A DNA stretch of 64,000 nucleotides, from positions 41,265-105,264 of the IMG/VR virus record IMGVR_UViG_3300047281_000098; one strand, written 5' to 3'. The stretch is from a virus. A model generated the notes under the pieces. That model saw only the letters and a list, made by a program, of their open reading frames with translations, had not been told where the DNA came from and searched no databases. The translations under genes were made by a program, and so were the position numbers. Position 1 is the first letter of the stretch. Each line of letters begins with the position of its first letter. Of this stretch, positions 17,946 through 27,633 are shown piece by piece.

Positions 17946-17977
17946 AAAAGCCCTAAGATTTTTCTTGGGGCTTTTTT
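17946..17977 (+). terminator. rho-independent terminator
   Basis: aaaagccctaaga/tcttggggc stem + T6. Confidence 0.8.
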
Positions 17978-17994
17978 ACGGCTCTAAATAGAGT

Positions 17995-18453
17995 ATGAGC
18001 TTTACTATTACATGTTACACGCTGTTTGATATCACCCCGACAGGAGTAATCAATAGACAGCGACCAGGCCCTGATCAGGATATGAATATGTGGCTTCATA
18101 AAAGAAACACACAATGTAATTTTGATACAGTGATCCAATCAGTTTCTCTTAGGTCTCAACCTGAAGTCACTCGTCTTCCAGAAAAAATACAAATACGATT
18201 TGATGAGTTTGATAAGTTTGGATTTTTGTTTGAACAACAAGAAGATGAATTGTACAATTGTTGGTCATTTGATTTTGAGATACAACATCCAAGTGTGTTC
18301 GACAATGGAATCACTGAATTAGGAGCATTATATAGTGATTGCGATAATGTTCCAATGATCAAATGTAGTACTACATGGGATAAGTTACCCTCATTTCTAG
18401 ATACATCTGATGAGTTGCGTAATATATATTTTAAGGTATCAAAGTATGAATAA
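17995..18453 (+). CDS. hypothetical protein
   Basis: 152 aa; TAAATA 4 nt before ATG. Confidence 0.7.
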   Translation: MSFTITCYTLFDITPTGVINRQRPGPDQDMNMWLHKRNTQCNFDTVIQSVSLRSQPEVTRLPEKIQIRFDEFDKFGFLFEQQEDELYNCWSFDFEIQHPSVFDNGITELGALYSDCDNVPMIKCSTTWDKLPSFLDTSDELRNIYFKVSKYE

Positions 18454-18952
18454 CAAAAAAATGGCAGTCGTCGAGAAAGCCATAAAACACGGCATGCTCT
18501 CTGATATGAGAAATATCATCATTTATCAAGAGCCAGACGGTACTTATCAACTTTTCAATAAGTACACCATACTCAGAATAGCTTCTGGTGAGTTCGTTGT
18601 CGGAAGTAATACTGTTACTAAACATACAACATTTTATAATCTACAAAACGCAGCTGCCTGGTGTATTTTTGATGTGCAGGATAAAGTGCGTGAATCATCA
18701 CGAATAGCTGAGTTAGATTACAGACTAAGTAGCATTGACATTGATATAGCAATTCATAACAAACTATTCAAAAAGAGCAAGAATACAGAAGAAAAATTGA
18801 TATATATTGCTAAGCTTGATGATGATAGATTGAAGAAGACATTGATCACCGATGAACTTCATATGTATTTGACTGATTCAAAAAGATGGCAAACAAAGCG
18901 ATTTGATCAAAAACCAGACAATAATATAAGAAAGATAAATACTACATACTAG
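18446..18952 (+). CDS. hypothetical protein
   Basis: start moved to the overlapping ATG at 18446. Confidence 0.65.
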   Translation: MNNKKMAVVEKAIKHGMLSDMRNIIIYQEPDGTYQLFNKYTILRIASGEFVVGSNTVTKHTTFYNLQNAAAWCIFDVQDKVRESSRIAELDYRLSSIDIDIAIHNKLFKKSKNTEEKLIYIAKLDDDRLKKTLITDELHMYLTDSKRWQTKRFDQKPDNNIRKINTTY

Positions 18953-18966
18953 TTTTGGAACACACT

Positions 18967-19671
18967 ATGAAATTAACTGAATTTAACAACACCACTCTTG
19001 CTACTGCTAAAAAAGCATTAACAGAAAATTACAACTTACCATTTAATGTAGGTAATCTCTCACCTTCAGCTACTAATGCCATGCTACAAAAAGTTCGTGG
19101 TTTAATATCTGAGACCAGAGAATCGTCTGACTTCTATTCAAGTCAGAACAATCCTGCATACATGAAACTTATGTTCATGAGTCAGGCATTGACTAATCAG
19201 ATGAACGAATTCAGATCACGGGCATCTACTCGTATTGTAGTAGAAAACGAAGAAGTTGAGAAATCACAAGTAGTTTTAGCTGCTCAGGATATGGTAGATA
19301 GCATTCAAAAAATGCTTGAACAAGTAAGCGATATGTTAGTAAAAGAAATGCCTGCACTAGTTGATAGCATTCAAAGTGAAATTGGTGTTAATGAAAGTGA
19401 ACAGTTTAGTTCTCAAGCTGGTGAAGCATTGACTTCATTAACTGCTGCTCTAACTCAATCAAAGACCGGGCTTCAAGGCGCATTAGGTGTTGTCACTGGA
19501 CAAGGCGGCATGGAATCTCCAGCGGCATTTGGTGATGAAGATATGGGCGATGCTGAAATGGCCCCTCCTGAAGAAGACATCGAAGACTCGTTCCCACCTG
19601 AAGAAGAAGACCTAGCTCCTGAAGAAGAACTTGGTGCTCCCGTTGCTGATGTTGGTCGCGCAAGAAGATAA
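18967..19671 (+). CDS. putative prohead core/scaffold-type protein
   Basis: MKLTEF start, helical, acidic Pro/Glu tail. Confidence 0.55.
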   Translation: MKLTEFNNTTLATAKKALTENYNLPFNVGNLSPSATNAMLQKVRGLISETRESSDFYSSQNNPAYMKLMFMSQALTNQMNEFRSRASTRIVVENEEVEKSQVVLAAQDMVDSIQKMLEQVSDMLVKEMPALVDSIQSEIGVNESEQFSSQAGEALTSLTAALTQSKTGLQGALGVVTGQGGMESPAAFGDEDMGDAEMAPPEEDIEDSFPPEEEDLAPEEELGAPVADVGRARR

Positions 19672-19673
19672 CA

Positions 19674-19997
19674 ATGTTACTTCACGAGTTTACTGGTCCA
19701 AATGATGTAGCCGTTCAATTAGTCGGGGCTATGAGCCAACTAAAAAGTAGTATTGATGACGGACAAGCAAAAAATGATTGGACAGTTGATGAGTTACTCA
19801 GTTACCTTAAGGGAAATGATATACACATTGACAAGTCTGACTTGTTTAATATGATTAAAAAGCCACCTCTTCAAAATATGATTTCCAATATCCAAGGTGA
19901 AGAGGTTGTCTTTAAGGGACAAGAGACAATTGCTGCTCCTGACCAAGATCAAAACAAGAAAATTGTCAAAGCAATGGCACACAGTGCAGCAAAATGA
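19674..19997 (+). CDS. hypothetical (possible internal head protein)
   Basis: MLLHEF N-terminus. Confidence 0.6.
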   Translation: MLLHEFTGPNDVAVQLVGAMSQLKSSIDDGQAKNDWTVDELLSYLKGNDIHIDKSDLFNMIKKPPLQNMISNIQGEEVVFKGQETIAAPDQDQNKKIVKAMAHSAAK

Positions 19998-20314
19998 TAA
20001 CTATCACTGATAAAGCAGCAGCGAAAGTAAAACAAACAATCGCTAAGCGAGGCAAAGGATTAGGACTCAAAGTTGGAGTCAGGACGACCGGATGTTCCGG
20101 TCTTGCCTATGTGCTTGAATTTGTTGATGTCACACTACCAGATGATATAGTAGTTGACTGTAGCGGATGTAATTTATACATTGACCCCAAAAGTTGTGCT
20201 TATGTTCAGGGTATGGTAATAGATTATGTTCGAAACGGACTCAATGAAGGGTTTGAGTTCAGCAACCCAAATGAGCGTGATCGCTGCGGTTGCGGAGAGA
20301 GTTTTAGAGTATAG
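19994..20314 (+). CDS. iscA: A-type Fe-S cluster carrier (IscA/HesB)
   Basis: ITITDKAA, TTGCSGLAY, NPN...CGCGESF. Confidence 0.95.
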   Translation: MITITDKAAAKVKQTIAKRGKGLGLKVGVRTTGCSGLAYVLEFVDVTLPDDIVVDCSGCNLYIDPKSCAYVQGMVIDYVRNGLNEGFEFSNPNERDRCGCGESFRV

Positions 20315-20327
20315 TTATCCGAATTAA

Positions 20328-20366
20328 TTGACAGTTATACTATAATCAACTATAATTGACTATAAT
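20328..20366 (+). promoter_or_regulatory. sigma70 promoter with three phased TATAAT boxes
   Basis: TTGACA 20328-33; TATAAT at 20341, 20351 (17 nt spacer), 20361. Confidence 0.8.
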
Positions 20367-21054
20367 GTATATTCCAAATAAATTCAACTATGTTGCGCTT
20401 CCTCGCGAAACTATCGCAGACGGTACACGTAAATATGCTACCCCTGACGGCGAGAAGCTTCCTAGTGTTACTACAATTCTCGGCGCAACTACGCCTGAAG
20501 AAAAGAAATTGGTGCTACAGAACTGGCGTAAGAGAGTAGGTGCTGCGAAGGCACAAGAGATTACTACTGAAGCTGCCGGGCGCGGCACCCGGATGCACAA
20601 GTATCTTGAAGACTATATTAAAACAGGCGTACTGTCTGCTCCCGGTAGTAACCCTTATAGTATTCAAAGTAATTCAATGGCAAAGACTATCATTGACCAA
20701 GGGCTTGTAAATTGTAATGAATATTGGGGGACAGAAATTCCAGTATATTTTCCTAAAATTTACGCAGGAATGACCGACTTAGCAGGAGTTCATTCCAATG
20801 GTGAATCAATTATGGATCATAAGCAAACGAATAAGCCAAAGAAGAGAGAATGGATCGATGATTATTTCATTCAGCTTTGTGCTTATGCCGCTGCCCATAA
20901 TGAATTACATGGAACAAAGATTCGCAAAGGAGTTATCTTTATGTGCGATCCTACATGCGCCTATCAAGAATTTATTATAGAGGGTGCTGAATTTGACAAG
21001 TACTCGGACATGTGGTGGAAACGAGTTGAAGAATACTATACAAAGTTTCTATAG
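20365..21054 (+). CDS. PD-(D/E)XK exonuclease
   Basis: LPSVTTIL, GTRMH, YAGMTDL, IMDHK, QLCAY. Confidence 0.85.
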   Translation: MYIPNKFNYVALPRETIADGTRKYATPDGEKLPSVTTILGATTPEEKKLVLQNWRKRVGAAKAQEITTEAAGRGTRMHKYLEDYIKTGVLSAPGSNPYSIQSNSMAKTIIDQGLVNCNEYWGTEIPVYFPKIYAGMTDLAGVHSNGESIMDHKQTNKPKKREWIDDYFIQLCAYAAAHNELHGTKIRKGVIFMCDPTCAYQEFIIEGAEFDKYSDMWWKRVEEYYTKFL

Positions 21055-21099
21055 CCCAAAGTTTCTGTAACAGATAAATAAGTATGAGGAATCATACTT

Positions 21100-24021
21100 A
21101 TGGCAATTATCCAAATTTCAAAATTACAACAGCGTTCAGGCAATCTAGTAGACTTACCACAATTAGATGACGCTGAATTTGGGTGGGCATCTGATTCCAA
21201 ACGACTGTTCATCGGTAAATCTACCCCTAATGAAAATATTGAGGTTCTAACTTCATACTCAAATATTAGCTTTAGTCAAATAAATGGTAGTATTGGTAAT
21301 TTAAATATAACTGCTGCTTCAGCCGGGCAAGTACTAAGTTATGATGGTACTAATTGGATCAATTATACTGGCACAGGCTTAGCTGGATCAGGTAATTTAC
21401 AGTTAGGTAATGTCTCGAATGTTCGGATAGCAGGCGGTGCTATTGGGTATGTATTACAAACAGACGGGCAAGGTAATTTATCTTGGACACCTAAAACTAC
21501 AGTTACTGCTACTATAAAGGGATTAAGTGCTGCCACTCCGGTTGTTATGACTGTTGACGCCAACACTCCGTATACTAACGCAACACAAGTAACTATTTCA
21601 GGAGCTACTGGAGCCGGCAATACCATTGTTAATGGATTAAGCTTTTATGTTAAAGTAGCTACAAATTTCCCAACTACTGGCAATGTATCACTTTACACTG
21701 ATGCTACTCTGCTGACTGCCCTAGTAGGCACCGGTATTGTGTACACAGCAAATTCTGGTATCGCAGTGTCAACTATTAGCGGATCAGGTACTAGTGCTGC
21801 CGGCGGCGCATCAACATCAATTCAATATAATAATGGTGGTATCATCACAGGTTCAGCAAACTTAACGTTTGATTTTACCACTAATTTATTTACTGTATCT
21901 GGTAATGCTAATGCGGGGAATATTAACACCTCAGGAGTTGTTACCTCAAGTAGAGTTATCTCAAATATAGCAACCGGTACAGCGCCACTAACTATAACAA
22001 GTTCAACTCTTGTGCCTAACTTATATGTTGCACGAGCGAATGTAGCTGATTTCGAAGTTGTTACTACCCGAACAACCGGTACATTTTACCCAACTTTTGT
22101 CAGCGGAAATACTACTGCGAATTATTCGCAATCATCTAATGCTAATTTATCTTTCAATGTAGCCACTGGCGCACTAGCTGCTACTCTATTGACAGGTACA
22201 TTAACAACAGTAGCACAGCCAAACATTACAAGCGTAGGTACTTTGACATCAGTAGATGTTACTGGTATTGCTACAGTAGGAGATATTCAAAAGACTGGTA
22301 CAGCCGGTGACACACTGAGTATTTTTGGCGCAGGAAATACAAATGTTAACGGGGCAGGTGGCATCATTCAAGTTTTTGCGGGTGATGGTAACGGTACAGG
22401 AACGGGCGGTGCTCTATCACTGAACGCCGGTACAGCAAATTCTAGTGGTAACGCAGCAGGTGGTATGACCGAACTTAGGGCAGGAGAAGGATATGGTCAA
22501 GGTCAAGGCGGTACGGTAGGTATCTATTCAGGTGCGTCTGCTAATACATATGGTGCTACAGGTGGTAATATCACAATTACTGGTGGTACATATGACGGCG
22601 CCGGTGGTGATATGTCTATCACTGGCGGGCAGGCTGCTGGACTAAATCATATTGGTGGTGACATTACTGTTATAGCGGGCGCATCTACTGGTACTGGCAC
22701 TTCAGGAAAAATAGTATTTCAGACATCAACAGTAGGTAGCACCGGAAACGTTGTACAAACATTATCTGATAGAGTTATCATTGATGGCACGCAGATGAAT
22801 GTTAGATTCACGACTGCCTCATCATCAACTACAACAGGAGCCTTAGAAGTTGCAGGTGGAGTAGGAGTTGTTGGGAATGTCTATGCAGGCGCTTTCTACG
22901 GAGCAGCTACTGGATTGACTTCAATCCCCGGTGCTAATGTCTCAGGTACTGTCCCACTTGCTACTACAGCAGGTACAGTAACAACTGCTGCCCAACCAAA
23001 TATTACATCAGTTGGTACTTTAACTGCTCTGTCAGTGACAGGTAACATCTCAGGTGCCAACATAACTGGTACGCATTATGGTGCAGCTACTGGATTAACT
23101 TCAATCCCTGGTGCAAATGTAACTGGTACTGTCCCACTTGCTACAAGTGCTACTACAGCAGGAACAGTAACAACTGCGGCGCAGCCAAACATCACTAGTA
23201 CAGGTACTTTAACTGCTCTTGTGGTAACCGGTAACATTACATCAGGTAATGCTAACTTAGGTAACTTGTTAATTGCTAACTTCCATCAAGGAACTTTAAC
23301 AACTGCTGCCCAGCCAAATATCACTTCCGTCGGGACGTTGACAAGTTTAAGCGTCAACGGAACAACAACTGGTGTAGCATTCACTGCTAATACAGGTGTA
23401 TTTACAGGTAATGGATCTGGATTGACATCAATCACCGGTGCGAATGTAACTGGCACTGTGGCTAATGCGACATACGCAGTAAGTTCAGGTACGGCAGGAA
23501 CAGTAACAACTGCTGCTCAGCCAAATATCACTTCTGTTGGAACATTAAGTTCATTAACTACTACTATAATAACATCCGGAGCTAATACAACCGCAGGAAC
23601 TATTACTGGTAATTGGGGACTAAGCGCAGGATCTAAGCTGACAGCTACTTATGCTGACTTGGCTGAGTATTACACTGCTGACCAGTTCTATGCCCCGGGT
23701 ACCGTGTTGGCGTTTGGTGGAAGTCAAGAAGTAACAATAGCCAAAGATTCAACCAATAAGGTAGCTGGCGTAGTGTCTACTAATCCTGCGTATGTAATGA
23801 ACTCTCTCTGTAAGGGTGAATTTATTGTCGCATTAGCTCTACAAGGAAGAGTCCCGTGTAAGGTTCGCGGAACTATCGCTAAAGGTGATATGTTAGTAAG
23901 TGGCGGTGACGGCTACGCCAGACCGGCAACGACTCCATTAATGGGAACTGTTATCGGAAAAGCATTAGAAAATTTCTCAGGATCAGATGGCATCATAGAA
24001 GTCGCAGTGGGAAGATTATAA
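21100..24021 (+). CDS. tail fibre/appendage protein with AQPNITS repeats
   Basis: five xAQPNITS(V/T)GTL repeats, Gly-rich region, C-terminal ADLAEYY...GVVST.P...GRVPCKV domain typical of fibre ends. Confidence 0.75.
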   Translation: MAIIQISKLQQRSGNLVDLPQLDDAEFGWASDSKRLFIGKSTPNENIEVLTSYSNISFSQINGSIGNLNITAASAGQVLSYDGTNWINYTGTGLAGSGNLQLGNVSNVRIAGGAIGYVLQTDGQGNLSWTPKTTVTATIKGLSAATPVVMTVDANTPYTNATQVTISGATGAGNTIVNGLSFYVKVATNFPTTGNVSLYTDATLLTALVGTGIVYTANSGIAVSTISGSGTSAAGGASTSIQYNNGGIITGSANLTFDFTTNLFTVSGNANAGNINTSGVVTSSRVISNIATGTAPLTITSSTLVPNLYVARANVADFEVVTTRTTGTFYPTFVSGNTTANYSQSSNANLSFNVATGALAATLLTGTLTTVAQPNITSVGTLTSVDVTGIATVGDIQKTGTAGDTLSIFGAGNTNVNGAGGIIQVFAGDGNGTGTGGALSLNAGTANSSGNAAGGMTELRAGEGYGQGQGGTVGIYSGASANTYGATGGNITITGGTYDGAGGDMSITGGQAAGLNHIGGDITVIAGASTGTGTSGKIVFQTSTVGSTGNVVQTLSDRVIIDGTQMNVRFTTASSSTTTGALEVAGGVGVVGNVYAGAFYGAATGLTSIPGANVSGTVPLATTAGTVTTAAQPNITSVGTLTALSVTGNISGANITGTHYGAATGLTSIPGANVTGTVPLATSATTAGTVTTAAQPNITSTGTLTALVVTGNITSGNANLGNLLIANFHQGTLTTAAQPNITSVGTLTSLSVNGTTTGVAFTANTGVFTGNGSGLTSITGANVTGTVANATYAVSSGTAGTVTTAAQPNITSVGTLSSLTTTIITSGANTTAGTITGNWGLSAGSKLTATYADLAEYYTADQFYAPGTVLAFGGSQEVTIAKDSTNKVAGVVSTNPAYVMNSLCKGEFIVALALQGRVPCKVRGTIAKGDMLVSGGDGYARPATTPLMGTVIGKALENFSGSDGIIEVAVGRL

Positions 24022-24053
24022 TTATATACAGTCTTATTCCAAAAGAAGTAAGA

Positions 24054-24144
24054 TAAATAAACTCATACACTCTCATTCGGAGAGTTTATGCTGTAACCCA
24101 CAGCGTAGTGACTAGAACTCACTAATACTTCAAAGGAAAATCAA
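24054..24144 (+). promoter_or_regulatory. late promoter and structured 5' leader (three tandem hairpins)
   Basis: TAAATA 24054; stems 24069-85, 24087-107, 24106-124; AAGGA SD. Confidence 0.6.
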
Positions 24145-25323
24145 ATGGGACGTCCACTAAAAATCGCCAAGGCACAATTCATTGGCATCATCACTGCTAC
24201 CACAGCAACAACAAACGTAGTAACTTTTTCACCTGCGACTAGTAGTACAGCAACATTTACAATAGGCATGCCGATTGTATCAGCTACTTCTGTTGGTAAT
24301 ATTGTCGCAGGAACAACATACTGGGTTCTAACTTTACCTAGTACAACATCAATGACTCTTAGTGAAACTTCATTAGATGCCAATCGTGATCGCACATCAT
24401 TTCCATTGTCAACAACGACTGTTCAAACAGTCCCGTTCACTGTTGGTGCAGTTGATACAGGATTCAACAACCCAAACGGATTATCAAATACGTATGGCGT
24501 AGTGGGTGGAAACACAGGTATCGTTGGTAATCAAGTGTTGGCTCGCATTGCTATCGGTGTCGCTGGAATTGGTACTATCGAAAGTACATCAGGAAATACT
24601 AAAGTATACGGTATTGGTACTGACTTTGCAAATACAGCAGCGGCCGGATCATCAATCTTCAGTACTACTTCAGGTTTACTAGGTTTCTCAGCTTCTGTCG
24701 CAGCTTCAATCAGTGTTACAGCAACTACTATTACAACAAATGTTGTTACTGTTTCTGACAATACTGGTTTAGTATTGAACAAACCAATCGTATTCAGCGA
24801 AAGTATTGGTAATATCATTGCTGGTACAGTGTACTATGTGAAGTCAATCAACATCGACGGTGTATCTATCACTATCTCAGCAACTTCAGGCGGTGCAGTA
24901 TTTGTATTGGCAACTGCTGCTAGTATTACATGTACTGCTCTTCAAGATACTGTTACTCTAGTTGCTATTTCTCCTGCAACAGTAACAACTACTGATTGGG
25001 TTCATGCTAAAGACGAAGCTGGATATCTTATTCGTCAAAAAGGTCGTAGCAAGTTCTTAGTTGAAGGTCTTACTACCGGGTTGATCGGTCCTTGCTTTAC
25101 TGCTAATGTTGCTAATGCTGCTCTAACTGCCAACACAATGAGCATTACTGCTACTGACGCTGGATCAGCTACAATCTACATTGATCGTTTATCTGATCAC
25201 AATGCTGATGGATTTGGTAATGTAACTACTGCGTTACCGTATACAGTAACATTCAATACTGCGCAAGTTGCGAATGCTAATCCTGGTCAGCCTTACCCAA
25301 TCATAACTATCAACGCGGCATAA
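24145..25323 (+). CDS. virion structural protein with two copies of a shared beta module
   Basis: PIV...GNI(V/I)AGT(T/V)Y(W/Y)V twice; Thr-rich. Confidence 0.65.
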   Translation: MGRPLKIAKAQFIGIITATTATTNVVTFSPATSSTATFTIGMPIVSATSVGNIVAGTTYWVLTLPSTTSMTLSETSLDANRDRTSFPLSTTTVQTVPFTVGAVDTGFNNPNGLSNTYGVVGGNTGIVGNQVLARIAIGVAGIGTIESTSGNTKVYGIGTDFANTAAAGSSIFSTTSGLLGFSASVAASISVTATTITTNVVTVSDNTGLVLNKPIVFSESIGNIIAGTVYYVKSINIDGVSITISATSGGAVFVLATAASITCTALQDTVTLVAISPATVTTTDWVHAKDEAGYLIRQKGRSKFLVEGLTTGLIGPCFTANVANAALTANTMSITATDAGSATIYIDRLSDHNADGFGNVTTALPYTVTFNTAQVANANPGQPYPIITINAA

Positions 25324-25324
25324 T

Positions 25325-25789
25325 ATGGCGTCATCGTACCATACAGTATCAACACCAGCGGTATTAGATATATCGCTGATGATTGCTGCGGAAGATGACC
25401 CTAAGCAACGAGCCTTCTTGATTGTTTTAAACTCAATCAATTTGGCTTTGGAAGCAAATACGGTTACAGTTAAGGATATAAGCTTTAAACTAGAAACACA
25501 TTTGCTTGCCTACAATCAGAGTACAAAGAACAGCGAGGAAATTATTAATAAAGGCAAAGGTGCTTGGAAAGTTATCGCATGGGTGATTGGTATTGCTCAA
25601 GTGGGTTGTTTAGCAGCATGGATTCAACTAAGAACTGATTTGACTGAATTGACTACTAATTCCAGAAATACTCAGATAGCTGATGTAAAAGTAAACGCAA
25701 GACTTGATGCTCTTGAAGGGAATAAAACAAAAGCAGCAGAATCAATTGTGTCTACTCCCTCTACGACACATATAATTCGAACTAAGTAA
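25325..25789 (+). CDS. single-TM membrane protein (holin/spanin-like candidate)
   Basis: hydrophobic AWKVIAWVIGIAQVGCLAAWI flanked by coiled-coil-like segments. Confidence 0.5.
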   Translation: MASSYHTVSTPAVLDISLMIAAEDDPKQRAFLIVLNSINLALEANTVTVKDISFKLETHLLAYNQSTKNSEEIINKGKGAWKVIAWVIGIAQVGCLAAWIQLRTDLTELTTNSRNTQIADVKVNARLDALEGNKTKAAESIVSTPSTTHIIRTK

Positions 25790-25813
25790 AAAAAGCCCAT
25801 TAGGGCTTTTTTT
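25788..25813. terminator. bidirectional terminator between convergent genes
   Basis: A7-gccc-atta-gggc-T7. Confidence 0.8.
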
Positions 25814-26216
25814 TCGTCAACGCATTCAGTTTTTCCTGTACTATATCGAAATTAACTGTGCTAAGTAATCCGGGATGCAGAGGTTTAGGATATTGATTAT
25901 CTCCTACCCAGGCATAGCCACAATGTTCACTATTCAGGATAGGAGTAAATTCTTCTTCTACTTCACAGAAGAAGGTATTGTAAGTAAATGAATGATTTAC
26001 AAATTTCTGAATAGGGATTAGCTTACCTAATTTAGGAAAATACCCTAATTCTTCTTCGCATTCACGAGTAACGCCATCTAGCAGAGTTTCATCACGGTTG
26101 ACTTTGCCACCTGGCAATCCCCAATTGTATGGATTTCTAGAATCAGTGCGGAGTAGATATAGATATCGTCCGGTGTTACTACTATAAAAAAATACTCCGG
26201 CTGAATTATTACGCAT
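25800..26216 (-). CDS. Nudix hydrolase
   Basis: Nudix box GGKVNRDETLLDGVTRECEEELG. Confidence 0.9.
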   Translation of the reverse strand: MRNNSAGVFFYSSNTGRYLYLLRTDSRNPYNWGLPGGKVNRDETLLDGVTRECEEELGYFPKLGKLIPIQKFVNHSFTYNTFFCEVEEEFTPILNSEHCGYAWVGDNQYPKPLHPGLLSTVNFDIVQEKLNALTKKKP

Positions 26217-26251
26217 ATAATGATTTATCACATTATATGCGTCACTGAATA

Positions 26252-27622
26252 TTAAATTACAATGCTATAGTCACCTTGATCATACCAACCTTCCCAAGAT
26301 TTCATCCAAGATTGATCGGTGTATCTATATTGGACAGCAGTGGCCAAGTTAGTAACGTATTGAACAATTGTATCTGCGTTGCTATCAAAACTAACGAACC
26401 ATTGCCCTGTAATTGAATTATATTCAATTATATCATTAGCATACGCAATGACCCCACCCCAAGAAATTGTTGTATCACCTAGGTGTCCAATATTATCTAC
26501 TATCAAATAGCGTCTGCCATGAACCGGAGCAGGTAACCCTGCATTGGGACCAGTAACTAATGGGTTAATCACACTATCAACTGGTTCTAATGTATTTTGT
26601 GGTAACGTGTCAATGTCAATTGTATAAGTTAGCAATCTATCATCAGCTGGATCAAGAACTATAGTACCTACTATGTCAGTGTCCATATATGGATTTTGTA
26701 ACCAAATTTGTGAAATTCCCGGGCGAATAGTACCGTATACATTCAGTACACTTGACCAATATACTGAGGTATCAGGACTAGGAGGGATAGTTAAATCATC
26801 ATTACCTGGATAAAAATCTTGATTAGCAGGAAGTATTTGTAGTGTGTTGCCAACTAATAGTAAGTTATATCCATATGGGGTTATCTTTTGTCTAGTACCT
26901 AATAACAAATCATCATCTTTAATATCAGACAGCGCAGTTTTTTGAAATATAGAAGCAATGATTTTTTCAACAACTCCTAATTTTTTAAGTTTAGCCGGAG
27001 AGCTTAACCAGACTGGCATATAGAATTTCCAACTCAGCACATCAATTGGATTAGCAGTTCCCTGTGGTATAGTCTTTGATGAAAATGTTAATCCATCTTG
27101 ATATACAACGCTCAACGAAGTCCAGTCAATAAAATTGTCAGTACTTTGGATTTCCAGCGCCGGGTTGAATAATGTACCCAATTGCTCTATTAGTTCAAGT
27201 TTTTGATTGTAGTTAGTAGTCCAAAACTCTACATTAAGTCTGAGCGTATACGGCACTGGCATTAATCGTTCAACAGTAAACGCTTGTCCTTGAGTAGTTT
27301 CGTATTCTTGAGTTTCACTATTATATGCACGTTGTCGCACATTAATCTTGTCAATAAAAGTAGGACTCTGTGTTCTTCGCTGATCATATTCTAATCCGCT
27401 AATATAGAATGTGATCATAGGGGCACTAGGTAAATTGCTGGCACTGTTGTTAGCAATAATAGTAGCAGCTTGTCTACTTGAATCACCGTACATAACAGGG
27501 ACTCTAACAATGATATCATTACCGGCTGGATCTTTGCCCCGTGTAACTTCCCAGTTACTGAAAATTTTTGCGAATTGAATCAGAAATCTGCGTATCTGAT
27601 TATCATAGAAGTATGCTGCCAA
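26252..27622 (-). CDS. tail sheath stabiliser/terminator, T4 gp15-like, with C-terminal extension
   Basis: YFYDNQIRRF..F..IFS, VPVMYG, MPVPYTL, LIEQL..LFNP. Confidence 0.75.
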   Translation of the reverse strand: MAAYFYDNQIRRFLIQFAKIFSNWEVTRGKDPAGNDIIVRVPVMYGDSSRQAATIIANNSASNLPSAPMITFYISGLEYDQRRTQSPTFIDKINVRQRAYNSETQEYETTQGQAFTVERLMPVPYTLRLNVEFWTTNYNQKLELIEQLGTLFNPALEIQSTDNFIDWTSLSVVYQDGLTFSSKTIPQGTANPIDVLSWKFYMPVWLSSPAKLKKLGVVEKIIASIFQKTALSDIKDDDLLLGTRQKITPYGYNLLLVGNTLQILPANQDFYPGNDDLTIPPSPDTSVYWSSVLNVYGTIRPGISQIWLQNPYMDTDIVGTIVLDPADDRLLTYTIDIDTLPQNTLEPVDSVINPLVTGPNAGLPAPVHGRRYLIVDNIGHLGDTTISWGGVIAYANDIIEYNSITGQWFVSFDSNADTIVQYVTNLATAVQYRYTDQSWMKSWEGWYDQGDYSIVI

Positions 27623-27633
27623 AATGATTTCCT

